From: a virus
Length of the DNA: 48,190 nucleotides
Strand: one strand, 5' to 3'
Virus genome (UHGV): UHGV-0173119
The notes beneath the pieces were generated by a model that saw only the letters and a program-made list of their open reading frames with translations, did no database searches and was not told the origin of the DNA. The translations under genes and the position numbers were made by a program. This document shows, one piece after another, positions 1 through 10,087 of the stretch (position 1 is the stretch's first letter; every line of letters starts with the position of its first letter).

Positions 1-534
1 AAGCTGACGTTTATCAATGGCGCGATCGAGTATGTTCGTGATGCTAAAAACAACGTTATAGGTGCGAAATTCGGGGCCACTAACCGCGCATATATCGACA
101 CGGCTGATTTCATGGAGTCAGGGCTGTCTTTCGAAAGGATCTCCGTAGAAATTGACTTCATAAGCCCGTCAGGACAGTGCTATGTCGTAACGCTCGGTGA
201 AGCAGCGACCGGGGACAGAGCTCTGTATCAGGTAACTGCTGGTCTGCAGACCAGGGGTACTGTTTCAAGCGGTGGCGTGTCTTCAGACCTTATATCAAGT
301 GCCGCATACCCGCTGATTGCAGGCAATGTCTGTAAGTTCAGGCACTCCCTGGATATTCCAAGCAAAGTCGCCAGACTGCGCACGGAAGACGGCTATAAGG
401 TAGGGAATACCAATACCCACCAGATCACCGGCATGTCCTCTTCAATGATCACCAAGATTAAGTTCGGTTATGCATCACCAACCACATTCGGTGGTGATGT
501 AATCGTTAAGCGAGTGCGTATCTCGTTCAGATAA
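1..534 (+). CDS. 3' portion of a large ORF entering from upstream of the window; C-terminal domain of a structural protein (possibly tailspike or receptor-binding protein)
   Basis: Frame 1 is open from nt 1 to the stop at 532-534; no stop upstream of the Met at 112 given in the ORF track; Gly/Ser/Thr-rich beta-type composition. Confidence 0.5.
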   Translation, partial: KLTFINGAIEYVRDAKNNVIGAKFGATNRAYIDTADFMESGLSFERISVEIDFISPSGQCYVVTLGEAATGDRALYQVTAGLQTRGTVSSGGVSSDLISSAAYPLIAGNVCKFRHSLDIPSKVARLRTEDGYKVGNTNTHQITGMSSSMITKIKFGYASPTTFGGDVIVKRVRISFR

Positions 535-538
535 CCTT

Positions 539-727
539 TCAATTATCATCCTGATAATAACGTGCATCGTAATTGATGCACGTTAAACCAACTTTGTAAT
601 TATCATCCCTTCCTGAAGGCTCCATGCTTTGAACAAGCATTGCGAGTTTCGTACGCTCGTCATCAGTACGGATCACATAAGCTGTCCGGTCACGCATCCA
701 CCATGTATACACTTCTTCGGCAGGCAT
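539..727 (-). CDS. hypothetical protein (62 aa)
   Basis: ORF only; contains the hairpin at 559-584, which lowers confidence. Confidence 0.3.
   Translation of the reverse strand: MPAEEVYTWWMRDRTAYVIRTDDERTKLAMLVQSMEPSGRDDNYKVGLTCINYDARYYQDDN
559..584. other. perfect 10-bp-stem hairpin AACGTGCATC-gtaatt-GATGCACGTT flanked by 11-bp direct repeats AATTATCATCC (541-551 and 598-608)
   Basis: read directly from sequence; lies 25 nt after the stop of the 1-534 ORF. Confidence 0.45.
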
Positions 728-924
728 GGACTGCGCCCCTGCAATGAGTTATTCGATGACGCGCTGCGACTGTTTTTAATATTCGCAGCAGATGAGGTGT
801 TCGGCAAAAACAGCTTCAGAATCGGATTGAGGATCGCACCGATAATTTTAGTAATCGCATTGAAAGCGCCGCCTGTCGGCGCTATTGATAGGAATCCCCG
901 CTTCTGCGGGGTTAGTTTTATCAT
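673..924 (-). CDS. hypothetical small hydrophobic protein (83 aa)
   Basis: ATG overlaps the ssb stop codon (TGATG coupling); N-terminal half hydrophobic (GAFNAITKIIGAILNPILKLF). Confidence 0.4.
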   Translation of the reverse strand: MIKLTPQKRGFLSIAPTGGAFNAITKIIGAILNPILKLFLPNTSSAANIKNSRSASSNNSLQGRSPCLPKKCIHGGCVTGQLM

Positions 925-1412
925 CAGAAGGGTATTGAATCGTCGAAGTCCATCGGCGGCTCATTTCCTCCTTGTGGGATTTGTTGTTTTGGTGGCTGCT
1001 GTTGTTGTCGTTTCGGTTGTTGTCCTGATTGCTGGCGTGGTTGTTGCTGACCAGAATCATCTCGCTTACCACCAATCATCTGCATAACGCCACCAATCTG
1101 CGGAATGACAATCTCAGTAGTGTATTTGTCCACACCGTTGCTGTCAGTCCACTTGCGAGTGCGGAGCTGGCCTTCGATATAAACCTGCGAGCCTTTGCGA
1201 AGGTATTCTCCTGCAACCTCAGCAAATTTCCCGAAGATGACCACGCGATGCCACTCGGTCTGTTCTTTCTTTTCTCCTGACCGCTTATCTTTCCACTGCT
1301 CAGATGTTGCAACAGAAAGGTTGGCAATTGCAGAACCTGATGCAGAATATTTAACTTCCGGATCGTTACCGAGAGTGCCGACAATAATTACCTTATTTAC
1401 GCCGCGTGCCAT
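924..1412 (-). CDS. ssb: single-stranded DNA-binding protein
   Basis: OB-fold SSB signature ([18 protein letters not shown]...[35 protein letters not shown]), Gly/Gln/Pro-rich linker, acidic C-terminal tail DFDDSIPF. Confidence 0.9.
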   Translation of the reverse strand: MARGVNKVIIVGTLGNDPEVKYSASGSAIANLSVATSEQWKDKRSGEKKEQTEWHRVVIFGKFAEVAGEYLRKGSQVYIEGQLRTRKWTDSNGVDKYTTEIVIPQIGGVMQMIGGKRDDSGQQQPRQQSGQQPKRQQQQPPKQQIPQGGNEPPMDFDDSIPF

Positions 1413-1415
1413 CTA

Positions 1416-2462
1416 TTAAAATCCTTCAATTGGAGTTGGTTTATGTTCGGTTTTTTCTTCTTGCGGTTCTGGCTGCTGTGGTTTCGGTTTAGCCAGTTTT
1501 GCAGGGTTGAAATTATCCTGTGGAGTTATTACCACAGGAGATAATTGTTCATCATTGATGAAAGACTCAATGCGATCATATTCAGCGGCAGAAGCAGCGA
1601 GAGAAGGCCAGATTGCACGAATCTTATCTTTCAGGTTATCAGGTATTGACTTCGCCTCTTCCTTCAGGCCTTCCATGCCTTTTGCGGCAGAAAGCTGAAG
1701 TCGTGAGCGCCATGACTCAAACTCCTCGTCAATTTTAACGCCAGAGTCCACCCACTTGATGAGCCCTAGACCGTGAGCCTCTCCAATATAGCCATGACGA
1801 ACACTTTCACGACCAGACTCAAAGAAGATTGGGCGTAGTTCTTCTGGTAATTTTGTGAACTCCTGAATTTTGCCTCCATCGTGCATCATCATGCTCACGG
1901 TCATCTCGAACATGAAATCTTTCTCGCACACTGGCTGCAATCCAAGTGATACAGGCTCCTTCGGGTTCGCGAAATCAGTTTTCTGTCGGGCGCGAAGGCA
2001 GACAATGATATGCATATTGCTTTGCAGCATGGCATTCATGAACTTCTTGTGCTCAGCTTTGGCGCGCTTCCAGTCAGCCATCTTTTTGCCGTTAAGCAGC
2101 GGCTTCTCAGCAATCTCCGTGCAACTGCCTTCCCCTTCCCATTCGTGCGAACCTGAATCAATAACAAGAACTTTAACGCCAGCGGCCTGAAACTCTTCAA
2201 TGGCCTGACGGTAACGTGCAGGGCTGAATGGTGCATACATATCAGCGTGCAGAAATTTGCCATCAAGGATGTTTGAGTACAGGCGACCACGACCATTTTC
2301 AGTATCAAGGAATCCGATTTCTTCTGGTGAATCAACCATGCCTCTCGCCAGCTTAAGTGCGCTGTATGTTTTTCCGCTACCAGACTGGCCTGAAATACCG
2401 ATGACCACACGAGAACCGGAACGCTCTGCTGGCTTAATATTGAGAATACCCATTTGCATCAC
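1416..2462 (-). CDS. RecA-fold ATPase, Sak4/AAA_24-like ssDNA-annealing ATPase with C-terminal extension
   Basis: Walker A GISGQSGSGKT near N-terminus, Walker B-like VLVIDSGSHEWEG; located between RecB-like exonuclease and SSB. Confidence 0.75.
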   Translation of the reverse strand: MMQMGILNIKPAERSGSRVVIGISGQSGSGKTYSALKLARGMVDSPEEIGFLDTENGRGRLYSNILDGKFLHADMYAPFSPARYRQAIEEFQAAGVKVLVIDSGSHEWEGEGSCTEIAEKPLLNGKKMADWKRAKAEHKKFMNAMLQSNMHIIVCLRARQKTDFANPKEPVSLGLQPVCEKDFMFEMTVSMMMHDGGKIQEFTKLPEELRPIFFESGRESVRHGYIGEAHGLGLIKWVDSGVKIDEEFESWRSRLQLSAAKGMEGLKEEAKSIPDNLKDKIRAIWPSLAASAAEYDRIESFINDEQLSPVVITPQDNFNPAKLAKPKPQQPEPQEEKTEHKPTPIEGF

Positions 2463-2470
2463 CTCACTAA

Positions 2471-3415
2471 TTATAAATTAAATTGCTTCTTGAACCATTC
2501 AGGCGTTTCCATTTCGATGACAGGATTACCCATTGAATAACCCGGCCACGAATTGGCTTTTTTGCACGCCTTGTAAATTTCCATTGCACCGTTCAACTGA
2601 ATGCGACCGATTCGCAATTGCTCTTCAGTCAAACGAATCAAAGCAGTAATAAACGGAGATTTCTTTTCCTGAACTAAAAGGTTTACAGAACGCGGCGCAT
2701 GACCATATGCCGCAACAAACATATCGTGTTGCATAGCCATTTTCATAAAGTAGCCAAGTCGCGCAGCGTGACGGAAAAACTCTTCAGGCTTAGCGCTTAC
2801 CGCTGTCTTGTAGTCAATGATGTCACCACCTTTTGTCAGGCAGTCAAAACGAACCTTTGCTTTTTCTCCGTTAAGTTCACCGAGAATTGACACCTCGGAA
2901 TAAGCCCCAGAAAGCAGGCTGCTGTAATAGCTGTTTGCATGGATTACGGCGCGCATCTGCATGATGGCATCATAATCATCGCCTTCCAGCAAAATCCTGC
3001 CTTTCGCATTGAGTTCAGCAAACAGGCGCTCTTCATCATAGATTCTAACTGGCTCTCCAGTTGAGCGGATGATTTTAATCACCTCAGACTTTGTCTTGCC
3101 AGAAAGACCTTTAATTCCTCGCTCTTTTGCCCATGAGTTCATGTCGCTCACAGTAACAAGCAGTTCCGCGCCGAAATCCTCTTTCTTCGGCATGCGGGCA
3201 TATTCTGCCTCGAAGCGCTCAGGTTCAAGCAGAGCTGTATGGCTGCCAGTTCCGAAGACAAGAGCTTTTGACTGCTCATCTTCTTCGTCTTTGTAGCGCC
3301 ATGCTGCTGGGCATCTGTCAAGTATATTCCATAATCCAGAACCATTAATGTGATCTGTGTCAGCATGATAATCCTGATTGCTTAACTCGTTGTTGAAATA
3401 AACTCTCATCATCAC
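2471..3415 (-). CDS. PD-(D/E)XK RecB/Cas4-family exonuclease
   Basis: motifs VRFDCL and GGDIIDYKTA (D...D-x-K) typical of RecB-type nuclease domain. Confidence 0.75.
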   Translation of the reverse strand: MMMRVYFNNELSNQDYHADTDHINGSGLWNILDRCPAAWRYKDEEDEQSKALVFGTGSHTALLEPERFEAEYARMPKKEDFGAELLVTVSDMNSWAKERGIKGLSGKTKSEVIKIIRSTGEPVRIYDEERLFAELNAKGRILLEGDDYDAIMQMRAVIHANSYYSSLLSGAYSEVSILGELNGEKAKVRFDCLTKGGDIIDYKTAVSAKPEEFFRHAARLGYFMKMAMQHDMFVAAYGHAPRSVNLLVQEKKSPFITALIRLTEEQLRIGRIQLNGAMEIYKACKKANSWPGYSMGNPVIEMETPEWFKKQFNL

Positions 3416-4038
3416 TCTCCGTGGTTACAGAATTCTTTATGCATCTTTTCTCTGAATTTCATCACAGACAACCTCGCTCTCTCAATATCACTGAATAACC
3501 CAAGATGGTATCTTTTCCCGTTAACATCACAGTAAGCCTGCCACTTTTTAACCTGTTTTTGCCAATACACGCCTTTAACTCCTGATGTGTTATTTTTTGG
3601 TTTTTTGGCGTTATACTGGTTCTGCATATTTGTTGCGATTCTTAAGTTGCAAATCCTATTATCGTCACGCACACCATTGATGTGATCAATTTGACCTTCA
3701 GGCCAGAAACCATAATAAATCAACCATGCCAAGCGATGCGCGTAGTATCTTTTATTATTTATGCTTATCTCTATGTATCCGTTATGTTTTTTCCTTCCAG
3801 CAACACTACCCTTTCTTACACCTCCACCCGTCTTATTTCTAATGAAAAACCCTGTTTCAGGGTTGTAACTTAAGCTATCCAAAACAACATCACGAGGTAT
3901 TCTTTTTCTTCCGCCTATGGTGTTTGACTCTGCATTTCCCTGAGCAAAATCTTGCTTTTGCAGTTCCGATAAATTCATTTCCGCAAACCTCGCACTTCTT
4001 AACGGTGATAGCCATTTCTTAACCTCTATTGTAATCAT
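3412..4038 (-). CDS. HNH homing endonuclease with AP2 DNA-binding domain
   Basis: AHRLAWLIYYGFWPEGQIDHINGVRDDNRICNLR (HNH_3) followed by AP2-like SGVKGVYWQKQVKKWQAYCDVNGKRYHLGLFSDIERA; alternative start at MNLSELQ. Confidence 0.85.
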   Translation of the reverse strand: MITIEVKKWLSPLRSARFAEMNLSELQKQDFAQGNAESNTIGGRKRIPRDVVLDSLSYNPETGFFIRNKTGGGVRKGSVAGRKKHNGYIEISINNKRYYAHRLAWLIYYGFWPEGQIDHINGVRDDNRICNLRIATNMQNQYNAKKPKNNTSGVKGVYWQKQVKKWQAYCDVNGKRYHLGLFSDIERARLSVMKFREKMHKEFCNHGE

Positions 4039-4083
4039 TTACCGTTACATTGCAAGTAACTTTTATTTGTTACTAACAATACA

Positions 4084-4509
4084 TCAATCTACATCATTCA
4101 GCAAGCCAAAATAGAAAAGCGTGGCTTTTTTTAGTTCATCAAGACCGTAAGCGATGGCAGCATAATGACCAAGTCTGCACATCTCAGTTAATACAGTAGA
4201 TTGCTCCTTGCTCACTCTGCTTTTGCTTTTATCTCGGCGTTTTGCCTCAATCATTCCGCAGCTGTGCTTCACTCCCGGCGTCATTATTACATTGTCGCCT
4301 ATTCCAGTCTTAACGCCCATCTTCTGGCGCTTCAGCACAAACTGCACCCTGCTTGATGTGCCAGTTTCATTCGGGACGTGAAACCAGAGCACATCAGGGA
4401 AACAGTGTTGCATCCATAATCCATAACCCATCTGCTCAGTCTCTTCTTTCGGGCACTCGCCACGATAACCGCTATCAAATACCCATATACCGCTATCAAG
4501 CTGCTTCAC
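4084..4509 (-). CDS. VRR-NUC domain nuclease
   Basis: GIGDNVIM...GMIEAKRRDKSKSRVSKEQ motif (G-x-x-D ... E-x-K) of the VRR-NUC family. Confidence 0.7.
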   Translation of the reverse strand: MKQLDSGIWVFDSGYRGECPKEETEQMGYGLWMQHCFPDVLWFHVPNETGTSSRVQFVLKRQKMGVKTGIGDNVIMTPGVKHSCGMIEAKRRDKSKSRVSKEQSTVLTEMCRLGHYAAIAYGLDELKKATLFYFGLLNDVD

Positions 4510-4519
4510 TTTGTTCTCC

Positions 4520-6421
4520 TTAAAATTCTTTGCGGTGGATTATGTCACGGCCTTTATCGTTAAATCTATGCGTTATGCGCTTTGGCGCTCGGATAAGGCC
4601 AGTAAACGCCATAAATGCTTTTGCGCTGTGGCAATTCATAAGGTTATCGATTAGATTCCTGTCTGATACATGATTTAACAAACCTTTAATCTTGAACTGA
4701 TTTTTCAGATACTTCTCCTTACGATCAAAAGGATAAAATACCTCATTAGCCCATCCATCCTTCCCGTTCTCCTTCGTAATGAAATAACGATAAACAACAC
4801 CTTTTTCATCTTTCGTTAATTCAATCTTGAAGTCTTTAACTTCAGTCCATTCATTATCCGTATAAGCACGCTCATTCAATGCCGCATTCGGGTCGCGCAA
4901 AACATGATCGCAATGGCGGCAATAACGCGCAGTTGGGTCGTTTTTAGTGCCGCAACCATCATCAAAAATACGAATGCCATGCTTATCGAATCCGCAACGG
5001 ATATAACTGAAAAACTCTTCGCAACGACCATCTGGCGACAATGCGTCTTTGCCAATGCAGCGACGCGCATATGGGCTGTTCATGGTTCCGCACTTAGGAC
5101 ACGGAACCTGTTCACCACTTCGTTTTGAACGTTGCGCTTCAGCTTCTTCAAGGATTGGGTCTTCATATAGCTGACCAAGCTCAAACATCGTGCCTGAGAA
5201 ATCAAGAACCAGATGGTCTTCTTTATGATGCCCGGCATCAATTTGCTCTTTCTTCAGCAGGCGCATCCCGCGACCAAGCAACTGAACAAGAAGAGTGAGT
5301 GACATTATTTTTCGCAATATGCAACTCGTATCCCATAGCGGTATATTTACGCCAGTGGTAAGGGCGGCTATCTGGAACGTGAATTTTTTACGCCCGGTGT
5401 ATGCATCTTTTAGAGCCTTCCTTCTGGCTTTTGACCCCATATCTTCTGTAACTATTGAATAACTTCCTTCGGGTAGGTATTTTGCCGCCTCCTGACAATG
5501 TTTTTTACCAGCACATGTAATTAGCACTCCGTTCCTGTTTTTAGTCAATTCCATAACCTTGAGCATGATTTTCTGCGTCAACGTACCTTGCTCAAGAATT
5601 TCTTTCTGCATCTGCTTGAGCTGCTCGGCGGTAAAGTCCTGAGTACCATCAACATCTGAACCATGAAAATCTGAAAGGTCATAGTGCAGACTATCAACAT
5701 CATGAAGACCAAAAATTGTTGGAACAAGAAAACCGTTTTCAACCATGTACTTGGTGTCTATGTTGATAATCTCTTTCTTCCAGAAAGCGCCTTTTATTGA
5801 TGTAGTTCCGCGAAACGGTGAGCCTGTATAACCTATTATTCTCAACTCGTGGCCGTGATTATCTTTGCACCTTTTCATTAGCTCATTAATTATCACTGCA
5901 TACTGCGTATCACCATTATTAACAACATCAATGTCATTAACCATATGATTTTCATCGATAAGCAGGAATCTTGGGCAAAAGTCAGAGAGCGCACCTTTTG
6001 CAATAACATTCCCTGACTCATCCTTTTTATCAAACAAAGCATTTACAACAGTACCCTCAGAGCCACAGATTATTGGGTACGTAGAACTTTTCCTACCCAG
6101 CGAAGCACTGAATAGCGAGTTTCTTACCCCAAGCGACCATAGCTCTTCAGCATCTTGCTCCACTATTTCACCTTGTCTTGATAAAATCATCCCTGAATAG
6201 CCCATCTCCTGAAAACGCTTTGCTATCATGGCAATCATCAGTGACTTTCCGCTACCGACGCTCGCTGTTACATAACTCGGGCCAACATAATGACGAATCA
6301 CATCACCAGTTAACTTGTATATCAACCACTGATAGGGTCTTGGCTCGATATCACCAGTATCCAAGCAGGATTTCAGCAAGTTAATGTCAATCTCTGAAAT
6401 CATTTTGTCTATTTTATGCAT
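4520..6421 (-). CDS. DEXH-box superfamily II DNA helicase with C-terminal Cys-rich zinc-ribbon region
   Basis: motif I ASVGSGKS, motif II LLIDENH, C-terminal CPKCG...CRHCDH clusters. Confidence 0.85.
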   Translation of the reverse strand: MHKIDKMISEIDINLLKSCLDTGDIEPRPYQWLIYKLTGDVIRHYVGPSYVTASVGSGKSLMIAMIAKRFQEMGYSGMILSRQGEIVEQDAEELWSLGVRNSLFSASLGRKSSTYPIICGSEGTVVNALFDKKDESGNVIAKGALSDFCPRFLLIDENHMVNDIDVVNNGDTQYAVIINELMKRCKDNHGHELRIIGYTGSPFRGTTSIKGAFWKKEIINIDTKYMVENGFLVPTIFGLHDVDSLHYDLSDFHGSDVDGTQDFTAEQLKQMQKEILEQGTLTQKIMLKVMELTKNRNGVLITCAGKKHCQEAAKYLPEGSYSIVTEDMGSKARRKALKDAYTGRKKFTFQIAALTTGVNIPLWDTSCILRKIMSLTLLVQLLGRGMRLLKKEQIDAGHHKEDHLVLDFSGTMFELGQLYEDPILEEAEAQRSKRSGEQVPCPKCGTMNSPYARRCIGKDALSPDGRCEEFFSYIRCGFDKHGIRIFDDGCGTKNDPTARYCRHCDHVLRDPNAALNERAYTDNEWTEVKDFKIELTKDEKGVVYRYFITKENGKDGWANEVFYPFDRKEKYLKNQFKIKGLLNHVSDRNLIDNLMNCHSAKAFMAFTGLIRAPKRITHRFNDKGRDIIHRKEF

Positions 6422-6942
6422 TATTTCACCCTACCAAATTCACCATGATACTTTTTTGATGCTTCCGCATAAACCTTTGCTGCTTCTTCTTTTGTATCAT
6501 ATCTCCCTAGCCATATTTTTTTATTGTTTACATGTATAGAGCAAGTCCATTTTTTTGTTTGCTTGCAAAAACCGACCCCCTTTATACCTGACGTGTTATG
6601 GCTTGGAATCCTCATGTTTCTTAAGTTTCCATTAAAGTTTGTTTCTCTTAGGTTTTCTATCCTGTTGTTTAATCTATTTCCATCTTTATGGTCTATTATT
6701 AACTCAGGCCAATAACCATGAACTAACGCCCATATTATTCTATGAACCTTTATATCAACACCTAAAAAACCAACTTGAAGATATCCACTTACAGTCTTCG
6801 AGCCTGCAATAGCGCCACGTTTAACCCTGTTTGTTGTTGTTCTTTTCCATATGAGATTTATTCCGTCATATGAAAAATACTCCCGCAACGTGGATACTGG
6901 TATTGACTTTTCTTTTAGCTTCATCAATTCGAAATCATTCAC
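6421..6942 (-). CDS. HNH homing endonuclease with AP2 domain
   Basis: HRIIWALVHGYWPELIIDHKDGNRLNNRIENLR plus AP2-like IKGVGFCKQTKKWTCSIHVNNKKIWLGRYDTKEEAAKVY; GTG start at 6942 (alternative ATG 6924); overlaps helicase start. Confidence 0.85.
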   Translation of the reverse strand: MNDFELMKLKEKSIPVSTLREYFSYDGINLIWKRTTTNRVKRGAIAGSKTVSGYLQVGFLGVDIKVHRIIWALVHGYWPELIIDHKDGNRLNNRIENLRETNFNGNLRNMRIPSHNTSGIKGVGFCKQTKKWTCSIHVNNKKIWLGRYDTKEEAAKVYAEASKKYHGEFGRVK

Positions 6943-7004
6943 TTTACGTCATCCTCATTCAATGTTACGCTTAAAGCATACAAACAGTAACAGATGGAGT
7001 CAAC

Positions 7005-7955
7005 ATGTTTTACTGGGAAGAGATACAACAAAAGATGATTGGCAACTGGGAGGCGGCACTACTGTCAATAGTCAACATAGACAGGAAGATTTTTTCTGGA
7101 AAACATCAGCCATGCCCTCATTGCATGGGGGTTGACCGGTTTCGTTGGGATAATCACTTCGAAACGAAAGGCGATGGCGGTGCAATCTGCAATCAGTGCG
7201 GTTCCGGTAGCGGCATGAACTGGCTGATGAAACTATCCGGAATGAGCTTTCCTGAAGCACTTGAGGCGCTTGGTGGATTCCTGAACATGAACCCACGCGA
7301 AAAACTGGATGCAATCAGGAAGGAGTTGCCGAAGATAAATTACAACGATGACTTCATCACCGAGCAGGAAGTCGCCGCAATCATGGCTAAAACAACGCGT
7401 GTCGCAATGAATGGGTGGACATTGATAAATGGTATTGGTTGCGACATTAACGTCGTCAGAGGCAAATCTGGAGAGCTTATTGCTGTTGAGATGATGCGCG
7501 CTGACACAATGAAGCCGTGCAACGTGGCATTCATTGGCATGGATGGTGATTCATTCAGAACATTTTTCCGCGCAGGATACAACAAGGACTCAGCCATCAA
7601 CGGTAAACTCACGCGCGGCGCAATAAGCCAAATCGGAGAAGATAACGGAAAGTTCATTTACCTGGTATCTGATTATGCAGATGCGTGGAAGTGCCATTAC
7701 TTCACTGGCGCTCATGTCTGGTGCTGCTGGTCGCCGGAAAACATGTGGGAGGTTGTGCGTTCTGTTAGCGATGAGGTGAAAGCGAGGTTGCGCTGCATAG
7801 TTAATTATAAATTTGACGAACTTTGCGCTGCGGAAAATGCAGGACTACCGGTAATGCTTCCTGATGATGCTGACACAATAAGAATGGCAAAGAGAATCAG
7901 GAGAAAGATTTATGACACTTGCGAGCTGATAGACAAAATGTCAGTCAGCAGATAA
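7005..7955 (+). CDS. DNA primase with Zn-ribbon and TOPRIM-like domain
   Basis: CPHCMGVDRFRW...CNQCGSGSGMNW zinc ribbon as in phage primase-helicases; SD GGAG 5 nt upstream; sole plus-strand gene within the minus-strand replication module. Confidence 0.7.
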   Translation: MFYWEEIQQKMIGNWEAALLSIVNIDRKIFSGKHQPCPHCMGVDRFRWDNHFETKGDGGAICNQCGSGSGMNWLMKLSGMSFPEALEALGGFLNMNPREKLDAIRKELPKINYNDDFITEQEVAAIMAKTTRVAMNGWTLINGIGCDINVVRGKSGELIAVEMMRADTMKPCNVAFIGMDGDSFRTFFRAGYNKDSAINGKLTRGAISQIGEDNGKFIYLVSDYADAWKCHYFTGAHVWCCWSPENMWEVVRSVSDEVKARLRCIVNYKFDELCAAENAGLPVMLPDDADTIRMAKRIRRKIYDTCELIDKMSVSR

Positions 7956-7956
7956 A

Positions 7957-7986
7957 AGAAACCCTCCGACTGGAGGGTTTTTTGTT
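7957..7986. terminator. bidirectional Rho-independent terminator
   Basis: AAACCCTCC-gact-GGAGGGTTTTTTG. Confidence 0.8.
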
Positions 7987-8072
7987 ATTCCTTGAACTAT
8001 GGCGCTTCAGTCCAGAAGGCTACATTTCGCAGCGACTTGCCTGTGTGATCTTTCACATCCATTTTCTTGCCC

Positions 8073-8264
8073 TCACTTAATCATCATCTTTGAAATATCA
8101 ACGTGACCAACACAAAATATGTGCCAGTAATCATCAAGAACGTGGTAATTAGAGCGAATCCATACTTTGTTAATCCTACTCCAGAAAAACCACGTCGAAT
8201 AACCATGCGGCCTGAAATGCCACGAACCTTCTGAGCGACAAAGTTCGCCTGATATTGTTCTCAT
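8073..8264 (-). CDS. hypothetical Cys/His/Trp-rich small protein (63 aa)
   Basis: ATGA start/stop overlap with upstream gene; possibly degenerate. Confidence 0.35.
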   Translation of the reverse strand: MRTISGELCRSEGSWHFRPHGYSTWFFWSRINKVWIRSNYHVLDDYWHIFCVGHVDISKMMIK

Positions 8265-9814
8265 TTCAACCTCGGGTTTATGTGAACAGTATTTCCGATA
8301 AATACGCAGTAACCATCCTCTTCAAGTGATGGCAATACACTTGATCTGAGTCGGTCATAAATTTTAGGTATCCCTTTGAATGGTCGCACGTTTTTAAGTG
8401 AATCATAAAGCCATTTCACCGTTACGTTTGTTTTTCCTTTCTGAGCGGCAGAGCGTAGCTTTTCGGCAACAACATCAAATTCAGAACGCTCGCCAGCATA
8501 TCCATTTGATTCCACGGCGTCGGTGAATGTTTTTGTCAGTGCGTCATAAACACTGATGGCGCGACTAATTTCATTTTCACCGATAATTTTTGAACGTTTC
8601 CCTCCATCGCACCAGTTTTCAGCAGCGTGAAATATTGCTGCCAGACGGATTATTTGCTTATCAGCTTTACCCATCGCGCCACGAAGAAGGACGTGGTCCC
8701 ACTTACCGCCGGGAAGAAAGTTTTTCTCCCACTGGTTTCGCAACAGGCCGATCATTCTTGCTGAGTCGTTGTGAATCGTAAGCCTTGTTTTTTCTGCCGA
8801 AACAACATTATGTATAAATCTTGCATATTCCGACCTCAAGCTGTCTGGCATTGGCTTGCTTACAGGGCAGTCATTAACCATGTCCCAGTGTTCGCGATAG
8901 CCAAGCATTGATTGCTCGCGCAACATCAGGAAACGTTCAGAAAGCCCGTTCCCCCTGTCTCCAGCGGCAAGAATGGCATCAATACTTTCATCCTGCGCAA
9001 TCACACTTATGTTTCCGAGCACGTAACCAGATGAAACGCCACGACCAACACGAGCGGAACCAATGAATCCACCATCCCAGCCCTTCAGGATGACTTCGGC
9101 GTTTGCCTTTCCACCTTCCTTTCCGTAAGAGAGGCCAAGGCATGTGTTAAGAACGCTGGCCTCGTCACTTATCAGATTAAAAAAACCACCTTCATGGATT
9201 GCCTGATGCTGGACAGCCTCCGGCGTTGCGTCCGTCAGTGGATATGTAATCGTATAAAGCTCCTCCAGCTTCTCCTTTTCGCGAGCAATATCATCTCCGA
9301 TTAGTGCCTTTGCATTCTGATTACTGGCCTCTTTGTATGCCTTCATCAGTTCTTCAATGCGAAGATTTATTTTTATGATCTGCTTTTCCATCTTTTTGGA
9401 AAGATTGTCATATTCAATCTTCACCGGATTCATATGCATTGAGTTGATAGCTGTTTTCCCTGCTGATGGAGGCTGAGAAGTAACCACGTAAAGAGAAACT
9501 GGAAGTTCTGAATGGTAATACTCAACGCTAAAGTTTCTCGTCATTGCGCTGGCAACGCAACCAAGTAAATGCATGAACGATGTATTTATTGGGAACTGAA
9601 CAGCGCGAGCTGCAGCGATTGCATAACGAGACAGCAAATCAGTCCGGTGCTCGCTGGTCAGTTCTGTTTCTGAGTACGTTACATCACGCTCCTTACCTTC
9701 CTTGATATCAAGCCACATGTTTGCGCTTGGTGTCATGCCATGATGGAAGGCAACGCGAGCCGGAGATACTTTTAACTCCCTTGCTTCGTTGAAGATGTCT
9801 TGAGCTGTAATCAT
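8261..9814 (-). CDS. DUF3987-like P-loop replication protein (putative helicase or helicase-associated)
   Basis: VSLYVVTSQPPSAGKTAI P-loop preceded by hydrophobic strand, as in DUF3987 proteins that accompany phage primases. Confidence 0.55.
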   Translation of the reverse strand: MITAQDIFNEARELKVSPARVAFHHGMTPSANMWLDIKEGKERDVTYSETELTSEHRTDLLSRYAIAAARAVQFPINTSFMHLLGCVASAMTRNFSVEYYHSELPVSLYVVTSQPPSAGKTAINSMHMNPVKIEYDNLSKKMEKQIIKINLRIEELMKAYKEASNQNAKALIGDDIAREKEKLEELYTITYPLTDATPEAVQHQAIHEGGFFNLISDEASVLNTCLGLSYGKEGGKANAEVILKGWDGGFIGSARVGRGVSSGYVLGNISVIAQDESIDAILAAGDRGNGLSERFLMLREQSMLGYREHWDMVNDCPVSKPMPDSLRSEYARFIHNVVSAEKTRLTIHNDSARMIGLLRNQWEKNFLPGGKWDHVLLRGAMGKADKQIIRLAAIFHAAENWCDGGKRSKIIGENEISRAISVYDALTKTFTDAVESNGYAGERSEFDVVAEKLRSAAQKGKTNVTVKWLYDSLKNVRPFKGIPKIYDRLRSSVLPSLEEDGYCVFIGNTVHINPRLK

Positions 9815-10087
9815 TTAGACCTCGTACTCTGTTTCAAATTTCTCATGAGGATTCTCTGATAACCATTCCTTGGCTCTCAAAACTGCAGCGTTGGCTTCCT
9901 CTGCCGTTTCAAACATACCAAGCTCATATCTTTTCTTGAGTACCATCACTCTCGCTCTGAATTTTTTCGATGCCTTGTGGTAATCAACACCGTAGTATCC
10001 GGTGGTTGATTTTGATGATGCAACCCACCCAGCACCACGACCTTGTTTGTTTAATTTACGCTTTAATAAAACGCCGTGATTGCTCAT
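9815..10087 (-). CDS. free-standing AP2-domain DNA-binding protein
   Basis: GYYGVDYHKASKKFRARVMVLKKRYELGMFETAEEANAAV matches AP2 fold; no HNH motif; first gene of the leftward operon. Confidence 0.7.
   Translation of the reverse strand: MSNHGVLLKRKLNKQGRGAGWVASSKSTTGYYGVDYHKASKKFRARVMVLKKRYELGMFETAEEANAAVLRAKEWLSENPHEKFETEYEV

Noticed and set aside
629-1087. 152-aa plus-strand ORF
   Set aside because: Lies antisense to ssb and to the coupled small ORF. It has a low-complexity Val/Ala-rich tail, no RBS, and is a by-product of the GC-rich SSB linker.
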